In this document: piece after piece, positions 25,939-32,000 of the stretch
Layout: each line of letters starts with the position of its first letter
Position numbering within the stretch: position 1 is the stretch's first letter
Source of the DNA: an uncultured Chloroflexia bacterium
GTDB lineage: Bacteria > Chloroflexota > Anaerolineae > Anaerolineales > Anaerolineaceae
Length of the DNA: 32,000 nucleotides
NCBI GenBank assembly: GCA_963704755.1
Contig: OY969938.1
Location: 330,001-362,000, forward strand
Reading direction: 5' to 3'
Program-made: the position numbers and the translations under genes
Notes under the pieces: model-generated
What the model saw: only the letters and a program-made list of their open reading frames with translations
Databases searched by the model: none
What the model was told of the DNA's origin: nothing

Positions 25939-27744
25939 TCATGCGATCAGGGCGTAAAAAATGTGATCGCTTGACCCAAAATAAACGACGTCATTAAAAA
26001 TCAATGGCGTGGAAGTAATCGGGCCATCCGTTAAAAATTTCCAGCGCAGCCGGCCGGTCTTGTATTCCAGGCTGTAAAATGTCCCGTCGGCGGCCCCAAT
26101 ATAAACCGCGTCTTTGTGCACCACCGGCGAACCGCTAACCTGGTGATCGGTCTGGAATTTCCATATTTCTTTGGCCGAATTGGCATCCAGGCAGTACACA
26201 TAACCATCGGCCGAACCCACGAAGATGTAATTATCCACCCGCGACGGCGAAGAAACCGAGCCCTTCATCATACGGTGTCGCCAGACGATCCAGCCGCTGC
26301 GAGCATCCAATGCATAAAAATTGCCATCCAGCGAGGTGAAATAGACCACGCCCTGCAAGACCAGCGGTGATGAGGTCACCGCCCGTTTGGCGTGGAAATG
26401 CCACTTCGATTGCCCGCGGTAATCCATGCAGAAGAAATCGCCGGCTTCATTGCCGAAATACAAAAACTCGTTGGTGACATAAGGTGTGGACCTTACCGCC
26501 GCGCCGGCATCGATTCGGAACGCCCGCCGGGTAGAAAGGATGTTGACCGCATACACAAACCCGTCGTCTGCGCCAAAGAAGACATGCCCTTCGGAAACCC
26601 GTGGAGAGCTGCGAATTGGCCCGTCCACCTGGTGACTCCAGGCCAGTTTCCCGGTGCGCGGCGTAATCGAATACAGATGCGAATCTTCCGAGCCAATGTA
26701 AATCGAATCGGGGGTTATCGCCGGCCGGGTGACGATGCCGCCTTCGGTTGGGAATTTCCAGCGGAACTCCCCGCTGGTGGCATCCAGGGCATACAGGTTA
26801 TTATCGTAGGCCCCGACGTAAATTGTGCCGTTGTCATAAGCCGCCGAACCGCGAATTTCGTCTTCACAGCGGAACACCCACAAGGGTTTGACCACCTGTT
26901 CCGAGTTTACCGTTGTGGGCAAATTGATCCGGGACAAAATGCCCGTCTTTTTGGCCGCGTTCAGCAGTGCATCTTTCATTTCACTGGCAGATTGGAAGCG
27001 CTCGTCCGGGTTGTACTGCAAGGCCGTGTTGATGATCGTTTCCAGTTCAATGCTTACAGCCGGGTTGATCTGGCGCACCGGGCGTTCGGCAAATGAAAAA
27101 GGTGGCTCGATACGTGGGTCCCGCCGGGTCAATAAATGGTGCATGGTCGCACCCAGGGCATAGATATCGGCCAGTGGTGAAGCCTCACCGCGATATTGCT
27201 CGGGTGGTGAATAGCCCTCGGTGCCGATCATGGTCCCTTTTTGGCCAACCCGGAACATTTTTGCGATGCCAAAATCGACCAGGACGACATGGCCCTGTGA
27301 ATTGATCATGATATTGGAAGGCTTCATATCCCGAAAAATGATCGGCTCGGGTTTATGGTCGTGCAGGTACTCCAAAACGTCACAAATTTCCACCGCCCAG
27401 GAGACCACCCGCTCTTCCGAGACCATCCCTTCCGAATCAGCCAAAACCGTTTCGAGATCTTTTCCGTTAACCAGCTCGAGAACCAGGTACGAGCGCTCTT
27501 CATGCGAAAAGAAATCGAAGATTTTCGGGATGGAAGGGTGGTTTAGCGTAACCAGGATGTTGCCTTCCCGCTCAAAGTTTACGATGATTGTCTGGCGAAC
27601 CAGGGGATCTCGGGCCTGGTTGATCATTTCTTTTACAGCAACCAGTTTGACTACGTTCGGGAAATGAAGATCACGAGCCCGGTATACGGAACCCATCCCC
27701 CCAACCCCAATTACGTCCTGGACCAGGTAGCGGTCAACCAGCAC
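25939..27744 (-). CDS. Hanks-type Ser/Thr protein kinase fused to a C-terminal 8-repeat PQQ-like beta-propeller, no TM segment
   Basis: G-loop IGVGGMGSVY, LVAVKEM, catalytic loop FRDMKPSNIM, VDFGIAK, GTEGYSPPE. Eight repeats of the type D(N/G)xhYALDAxoGxxhWKF follow, running to the C-terminus. Coordinates use the first canonical start (GTG 27742-27744). The true N-terminus is probably 24-30 codons further upstream (see finding). Confidence 0.88.
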   Translation of the reverse strand: MLVDRYLVQDVIGVGGMGSVYRARDLHFPNVVKLVAVKEMINQARDPLVRQTIIVNFEREGNILVTLNHPSIPKIFDFFSHEERSYLVLELVNGKDLETVLADSEGMVSEERVVSWAVEICDVLEYLHDHKPEPIIFRDMKPSNIMINSQGHVVLVDFGIAKMFRVGQKGTMIGTEGYSPPEQYRGEASPLADIYALGATMHHLLTRRDPRIEPPFSFAERPVRQINPAVSIELETIINTALQYNPDERFQSASEMKDALLNAAKKTGILSRINLPTTVNSEQVVKPLWVFRCEDEIRGSAAYDNGTIYVGAYDNNLYALDATSGEFRWKFPTEGGIVTRPAITPDSIYIGSEDSHLYSITPRTGKLAWSHQVDGPIRSSPRVSEGHVFFGADDGFVYAVNILSTRRAFRIDAGAAVRSTPYVTNEFLYFGNEAGDFFCMDYRGQSKWHFHAKRAVTSSPLVLQGVVYFTSLDGNFYALDARSGWIVWRHRMMKGSVSSPSRVDNYIFVGSADGYVYCLDANSAKEIWKFQTDHQVSGSPVVHKDAVYIGAADGTFYSLEYKTGRLRWKFLTDGPITSTPLIFNDVVYFGSSDHIFYALIA

Positions 27745-27935
27745 ATAACCAGGAGCCAGTTGCTTTACCGAGCTTTGATTATCACCAAAGCTTTGAGTGA
27801 TACGTTGAGTATCCAGCGCTGCCTCCTTTAACCATTATTTTCCCCTCTATATTCTAGATAAAAATAAGCGTCTTTCCATGAAAATTGAGTGAAAACGACC
27901 TTACTAGAACGAATGAGGGACAATACCTTCCCTAA

Positions 27936-27963
27936 ATTATAACTTGTACCACACTTTTTGCAA
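27936..27963 (-). promoter_or_regulatory. Putative sigma70-type promoter of the kinase/PP2C/vWA/FHA/RR operon
   Basis: Minus strand TTGCAA (27958-27963) -N16- TATAAT (27936-27941) in an AT-rich 320-bp intergenic region, about 100 nt upstream of the SD at 27822-27828. By eye only. Confidence 0.4.
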
Positions 27964-28136
27964 CCGAAATAACAACAACACTGCCCATTTCTATGGATAT
28001 TTTTGTAAGCTCTACAAATTTGATAACGAATATCAAACCGTCCAAATTTGCTTGTTTACCCCTCGATTTGACCGGTTTTACGAATTAAGCGCACTCAGCG
28101 CTAAGCGTGGGGGCGCTTCATTCGCAAACGCGACCA

Positions 28137-28487
28137 TTATTCAGCGGCATTGGCGCGGCATTCCGCACAGGGGCATAATGCCCGTAAATAGGGCCAGTTG
28201 TAAATACCATATTGATGGCCATCTTCCCATTGGATGGAAATGGCATAGCTGCCAATGCCTTCCACAGTGACCATCCGGGTGGCCGGAGTATCCCCCAGGG
28301 AGCGGCTGAAAACATCTGGGTCGGGGGTAGCGCTCATGTATTCATGCCCGCCCCGGCAACTGGCGCACGGGCAGGCCGCGCGCAGCAGTTCGAAGGGATA
28401 ATTACTGGTATGGCCATCATCCCAATCGATAGTCAAAACTCGCGTTTGGCGGTTAGCTGATATGTTTCGCGGTGAAGTACTCATCAT
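28137..28487 (-). CDS. DUF971 (gamma-butyrobetaine hydroxylase-like N-terminal domain) protein
   Basis: LTIDWDDGHTSNYPFELLRAACPCASCRG and ISIQWEDGHQYGIYNWPYLRALCPCAEC are the duplicated pattern typical of DUF971. AAGGA lies upstream of ATGATG 28482-28487. Confidence 0.8.
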   Translation of the reverse strand: MMSTSPRNISANRQTRVLTIDWDDGHTSNYPFELLRAACPCASCRGGHEYMSATPDPDVFSRSLGDTPATRMVTVEGIGSYAISIQWEDGHQYGIYNWPYLRALCPCAECRANAAE

Positions 28488-28503
28488 TAATCCTTATTTA
28501 TGA

Positions 28504-29004
28504 TCAAGGGGTAGGCGTCTCGAGCTGAACGATCTTCAGAAAATCTGCAACAGCCCAGCCGCTGCGGTTCTTGTCGTATGGCGCGGTCAGGTACCACCAG
28601 GTGTAGCCATCCACAAGTTGGGGGCCGTCGGTCACCTGAAATGCTTCGGATTCATAACCCAGGAACAGGACCGGCGATTCGGTACCCGGCTCGCTCCTCA
28701 ACCGCAGCCCATCCCCGCCCGTACCGGAAATTTGCACATATACCCCCTGGCTGATGCCATTGATGGTTACGCCGGAGGTGGTTGCGGTAGGTGTAGGCGT
28801 GTCGAACAGGCTTTGATTTCCCGGTGGGGTGCTGGTCGGTGCATTGACCACCGTCAGGATCGCTGTGGGTTCCGCTGCCGCTTCGACGGCCGGTTTCAAC
28901 AAGTAAAGCCCGGCCAGGATCGTCAAAAACCCGGCAACTCCTAGAAAAATCGCCAATACGATGACCCACACAGATAATATTCGTTTTGGTTTGCGCTCAA
29001 TCAT
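28504..29004 (-). CDS. Membrane-anchored protein with C-terminal bacterial SH3-like domain
   Basis: One N-terminal TM (ILSVWVIVLAIFLGVAGFLTILAGLYLL), a Pro/Thr-rich linker, then VYVQISGTGGDGLRLRSEPGTESPVLFLGYESEAFQVTDGPQLVDGYTWWYL...GWAVADFL, which is SH3b-like. I prefer ATG 29002-29004 (MIERKPKR, GAGGG upstream) to the track start 29043, which overlaps the antiporter gene. Confidence 0.6.
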   Translation of the reverse strand: MIERKPKRILSVWVIVLAIFLGVAGFLTILAGLYLLKPAVEAAAEPTAILTVVNAPTSTPPGNQSLFDTPTPTATTSGVTINGISQGVYVQISGTGGDGLRLRSEPGTESPVLFLGYESEAFQVTDGPQLVDGYTWWYLTAPYDKNRSGWAVADFLKIVQLETPTP

Positions 29005-29011
29005 CGTCCCT

Positions 29012-30130
29012 CTATACCGACGCCGGCAGCAGGAAAAAGGCAATGGCCAGGATCAAATAGACCGCCAAAAGCGCCGATCCCTCCAGCCAGTTGGATTCGC
29101 CATCGAAAGCGACCAGCGAAGCCACAACCACACTAGCGCCCAATGCCAGCAGCTCGAATGGGTTGAAGATCAGCGTTAGCGGATGTCCCATCGCCAGGCT
29201 GATAAAGACCAGCAATGGGGCCACAAACAAAGCGATCTGCAAACTGGACGAGACCGAAATCTCGATGCTCAAATCCATCTGGTTGCGCAACGCCACGGAC
29301 ACCGACACCAGATGCTCGGCTACGTTGCCGACCACCGGGATCAAAATGATACCCAGGAAGAATTCGGAAACACCCCAGGCTGCCACAACCGGTTCAACTG
29401 CCCCAACCAGAAGTTCGCTCAAAATCACCACACCGACCGTCGAAAGCGCCAGGACCAGAATGGTTTTGGAGAGGCTCCAATGCGACTGCACCCCCTCAGC
29501 ATCGGCCGGGTTGACCGCCAGGGGGCTTTTACTGCTTCGAAGAGTGTAAAGCAGTCCGACCCCGTACAAGATGATCATGATCACCGAAACGCCCAGGCTG
29601 AGCGATTCCACACCATTGCTGCCTTCGGCGCCGATCGAATGGCTGAACAACGAAGGAACCACCAGGGCAACGATGGTCAGCGCCAACAAGACGGTGTAAT
29701 TGCCGGTATGGCGCCGGTCGAATTTTTGAATGCCATTTTTCAATCCACCGGTCAGCATGGCCATTCCGGTGACCAGCAGCAAATTGCCCACAATCGACCC
29801 GGTAATCGAGGCTTTGACCAGCTCCAGCAGGCCCGCCTTGACTGCCACCAGGGTGATGATCAGTTCGGCAGCGTTTCCCAGGGTAGCGTTCAGCAGACCG
29901 CCAATGCGCGGACCGGTGGTAACCGCTAACGCTTCGGTCGCTTCACCGATGAATCCGGCCAGGGGAATCACACCCACGGCAGAAAAAATAAACACCCAGG
30001 CCATTCCCCATCCCAGCAGTTTAGCTAAAACGGCCAGAGGGAATGCGACGATTAGAATTGACAGGGGATTTTTGCGCAGGTAATTCTGCAATGGCTTCAA
30101 TGATTCCTTTAGCGAGTTTTTCTTTCCCAA
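29012..30130 (-). CDS. cax: Ca2+/H+ antiporter (CaCA family, Cax/ChaA-type)
   Basis: Two alpha-repeat signatures, ATLGNAAELIITLVA and PVVGNVAEHLVSVSVA, with about 11 TM helices. TTG start 30128-30130 without an obvious SD, so the start is uncertain. Confidence 0.88.
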   Translation of the reverse strand: MGKKNSLKESLKPLQNYLRKNPLSILIVAFPLAVLAKLLGWGMAWVFIFSAVGVIPLAGFIGEATEALAVTTGPRIGGLLNATLGNAAELIITLVAVKAGLLELVKASITGSIVGNLLLVTGMAMLTGGLKNGIQKFDRRHTGNYTVLLALTIVALVVPSLFSHSIGAEGSNGVESLSLGVSVIMIILYGVGLLYTLRSSKSPLAVNPADAEGVQSHWSLSKTILVLALSTVGVVILSELLVGAVEPVVAAWGVSEFFLGIILIPVVGNVAEHLVSVSVALRNQMDLSIEISVSSSLQIALFVAPLLVFISLAMGHPLTLIFNPFELLALGASVVVASLVAFDGESNWLEGSALLAVYLILAIAFFLLPASV

Positions 30131-30183
30131 CCGGACTGGCTGGTTTGCCCTTTATTCAGGACGGACGGTAGGTATATTATATC

Positions 30184-31380
30184 GTGATTGGAATGGCAGA
30201 CAGAAACCCGGTTACATCGCTCGCTCCCACTCCGAGCATTCCTGACGAGCCATGTTATAATCTTTCCAACACAGCCGCTATGGAAGAGCCGAAAGAAATC
30301 CCTCAAATTCTTGGAAACCGGTACAAGCTTCTCCAAACCATTGGTACGGGGGGCATGGCCATGGTATACCGGGCCCAGGATTTGATGCTCGAACGGCCGG
30401 TCGCGATCAAAATATTGCGCCAGGATTTTTCCACCAACGAGAGCTTCCGCGAACGCTTTCGCCTGGAAGCCCGCGCAGCAGCCAACCTGTCGCATCCCAA
30501 TATCGTCACGGTCCACGACTTCGGTTATGACGAAGAACATCTGTACCTGGTCATGGAATATGTACCGGGCACCGATCTTAAAACCATAATCCGTGAGAGA
30601 GGCAGCCTGCCCATCTCGGAAGCGGTTAATATCATCATTCAAGCCTCGGCCGGAATTGGCTATGCGCACCGCGCTGGCTTGATCCATTGCGACGTAAAAC
30701 CGCACAACATGCTGGTGTCGCCCGACCAGCGCGTCAAGGTGACCGACTTCGGTATTGCCCGCGCCATGGCCAGCATCGAACCGGACGAGAAACACGACGT
30801 AGTCTGGGGCTCACCGCTTTACTTTTCGCCCGAGCAGGCCGCCGGCCTGGCGCCTTCGCCGGCTTCGGATGTTTACTCACTGGGTGTGGTGCTGTACGAG
30901 CTCACCACCGGCCGTTTGCCTTTCAACCACAATGACCCGTCTGAACTGGCACGCCTGCACCGTGAGGTCAACCCTGTCCCGCCAAGCAAACTGAACCCGG
31001 ATATTCCGCCCGCGTTGGAACAGATTATCCTCAAAGTCCTATCCAAAGAGCCGGCCGCTCGCTATCGCACGGCCGATCAGTTAGGCCGGGTGCTATCCAA
31101 CTTTTTGAACAGCGAAGCCACGCAAGGGTCACCCGCGTATAGCTACCCCGTCCCGCCGGCCGGCGTTCCCGCTAACCCTGCCGGATCTGGCACATCCATC
31201 CCCATCCAACCCGGCCCAGCCGTATCCACCCAGCCCAGCGCGGAAGACAGCGACGAGGATACTTCCCTCGACATCGATTGGAGCCTCATCGGCCTGGCGC
31301 TCGTGGCAATCCTGGCCGTAGGCGGGCTAATCCCTTTCTGGCTGTGGATCTGGTTCACTTTTAACCCACCGATTGCATAA
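30184..31380 (+). CDS. Hanks-type Ser/Thr protein kinase, C-terminally tail-anchored, non-RD catalytic loop
   Basis: IGTGGMAMVY, VAIKIL, LIHCDVKPHNML (HCD at 30685-30693), VTDFGIAR, SPEQ. A Pro-rich linker is followed by a single TM (WSLIGLALVAILAVGGLIPFWLWIWFTF) with only 6 residues after it. The start is ambiguous: GTG 30184, ATG 30193 or Met33. Confidence 0.85.
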   Translation: MIGMADRNPVTSLAPTPSIPDEPCYNLSNTAAMEEPKEIPQILGNRYKLLQTIGTGGMAMVYRAQDLMLERPVAIKILRQDFSTNESFRERFRLEARAAANLSHPNIVTVHDFGYDEEHLYLVMEYVPGTDLKTIIRERGSLPISEAVNIIIQASAGIGYAHRAGLIHCDVKPHNMLVSPDQRVKVTDFGIARAMASIEPDEKHDVVWGSPLYFSPEQAAGLAPSPASDVYSLGVVLYELTTGRLPFNHNDPSELARLHREVNPVPPSKLNPDIPPALEQIILKVLSKEPAARYRTADQLGRVLSNFLNSEATQGSPAYSYPVPPAGVPANPAGSGTSIPIQPGPAVSTQPSAEDSDEDTSLDIDWSLIGLALVAILAVGGLIPFWLWIWFTFNPPIA

Positions 31381-31384
31381 CATC

Positions 31385-32000
31385 ATGGATTCGTTAACGC
31401 TTTCCTCATCAATACTTTCAGCCGATTTTTCCAACCTTGCCGATCAAATTCACCAGGCAGAACAGGCCGGTATCGATTGGATTCATATCGATGTGATGGA
31501 TGGCCATTTCGTCCCGAACATCACGATGGGGCCATTTGTGGTCGCGACCTGCCGCCGCATCACCAACCTGCCCCTGGACGTTCACCTGATGATCGAAAAG
31601 CCTGAAAACCATATCGAGGCTTTCATTCAGGCCGGTGCCAACACGGTATCTATTCACCTGGAAGGAAATTCCAGTATCCACCGCACGGTACAGGGTATCC
31701 GGGATATGGGTGCCCACCCGGGCATTGTCATCAACCCCGGCACAGCGGTTAGCGCGCTGGATGCCATATGTACCAGCATCGATTACGTACTGGTAATGTC
31801 GGTTAATCCAGGCTTCTCCGGCCAGAAATTCCTCCCGGAAACCGTTCAACGAGTAGCATCCGTACGCCGCCTGCTCGACGAAAAGAACCCCCAAGCCTTC
31901 ATCGAAGTCGATGGCGGGGTCGATCACACCAATATCGGCTCCCTATATCAGGCGGGGGCTCGTTGTTTCGTCTCGGCCACAGCCATCTTCAAGTATCCCC
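31385..32000 (+). CDS. rpe: Ribulose-phosphate 3-epimerase, 3' end outside window
   Basis: My own translation from ATG 31385 gives MDSLTLSSSILSADFSNLADQIHQAEQAGIDWIHIDVMDGHFVPNITMGPFVV...DVHLMIEKPE...VLVMSVNPGFSGQKF...EVDGGV. These are textbook Rpe motifs. The frame stays open to the window end, which is why the ORF track lacks it. It starts 4 nt after the kinase stop. Confidence 0.92.
   Translation, partial: MDSLTLSSSILSADFSNLADQIHQAEQAGIDWIHIDVMDGHFVPNITMGPFVVATCRRITNLPLDVHLMIEKPENHIEAFIQAGANTVSIHLEGNSSIHRTVQGIRDMGAHPGIVINPGTAVSALDAICTSIDYVLVMSVNPGFSGQKFLPETVQRVASVRRLLDEKNPQAFIEVDGGVDHTNIGSLYQAGARCFVSATAIFKYP

Noticed and set aside
26392-27096. 234-aa plus-strand ORF (and other plus-strand ORFs between 26.1 and 27.7 kb)
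   Set aside because: They are antisense to the kinase/PQQ gene. They are Arg/Gly/Pro-rich shadow frames.
27944-28270. 108-aa plus-strand ORF in the AT-rich spacer
   Set aside because: It starts in promoter-like AT-rich DNA with no SD, gives an Asn/Phe/Tyr/Cys-rich low-complexity translation, and its 3' half is antisense to the DUF971 gene.
29005-29043. N-terminal extension of the SH3b-protein ORF overlapping the antiporter gene
   Set aside because: The extra 13 codons (MPFSCCRRRYRGT) overlap the cax 3' end. ATG 29004 is preceded by GAGGG and yields a typical positively charged N-terminus followed by a TM anchor.
29183-29929. 248-aa plus-strand ORF (also 29091..29549 and 29730..30083)
   Set aside because: They are antisense to the CaCA antiporter gene, which has both alpha-repeat signatures.
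30109-30795. 228-aa minus-strand ORF
   Set aside because: It is antisense to the second Ser/Thr kinase and spans the divergent promoter gap. It has no motifs.
31418-31927. 169-aa minus-strand ORF in the track
   Set aside because: It lies exactly antisense to an unmistakable ribulose-phosphate 3-epimerase reading frame on the plus strand (31385 to the window end). The track omits rpe because it has no stop in the window. This is a shadow ORF.
1-32000. Search for CRISPR arrays, rRNA/tRNA genes, transposases, integrases, phage or toxin-antitoxin modules
   Set aside because: I saw no spaced direct repeats, no cloverleaf-compatible intergenic sequence, and no ORF with recombinase, transposase or phage hallmarks. 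The two accessory-looking blocks have no flanking repeats or composition break that I can see, so I do not call a mobile island.

Overview
Gene-dense chromosomal window (about 90 % coding by eye), moderately GC-rich, with short AT-rich intergenic regions. Most genes are on the minus strand. I found no rRNA, tRNA, CRISPR array, transposase or integrase. Housekeeping genes (rsmD, a PPi-type phosphofructokinase, murA, trxA, a Ca2+/H+ antiporter, rpe) frame two accessory-looking blocks. Block 1 (4.4-15.0 kb) is an array of seven strongly diverged GT-C-fold polytopic membrane glycosyltransferase paralogues. Six are translationally coupled on the minus strand, one of them frameshifted, and one is divergent. 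Each has an acidic first-loop motif. No sugar-donor synthase or flippase is visible, and an orphan DegS-like histidine kinase lies just downstream. Block 2 (22.0-27.8 kb) is a tightly coupled six-gene operon with no predicted membrane segments. It encodes a Hanks Ser/Thr kinase fused to an 8-repeat PQQ-type beta-propeller, a PP2C phosphatase, a J-domain::vWA fusion, a zinc-ribbon::FHA protein (frameshifted in a T4 run), a 79-aa unknown protein, and an OmpR-type response regulator with no cognate histidine kinase. It looks like an elaborated vWA/PP2C/kinase triad wired to a transcriptional output, and it is my best candidate for an undescribed system. Other points: MurA carries Asp in place of the fosfomycin-target Cys. 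A second kinase is tail-anchored and non-RD, with no extracellular domain, and sits 4 nt upstream of rpe. rpe is absent from the ORF track because it runs off the window. There are several hairpin terminators and one unusually long perfect hairpin. Two clear reading-frame breaks, and possibly a third, each look like one extra base in a short homopolymer, so assembly error must be excluded before calling pseudogenes. The gene content suggests a monoderm Chloroflexota (Anaerolineae-like) genome, but that is inference only. All family assignments come from motif recognition by eye, not from database searches.
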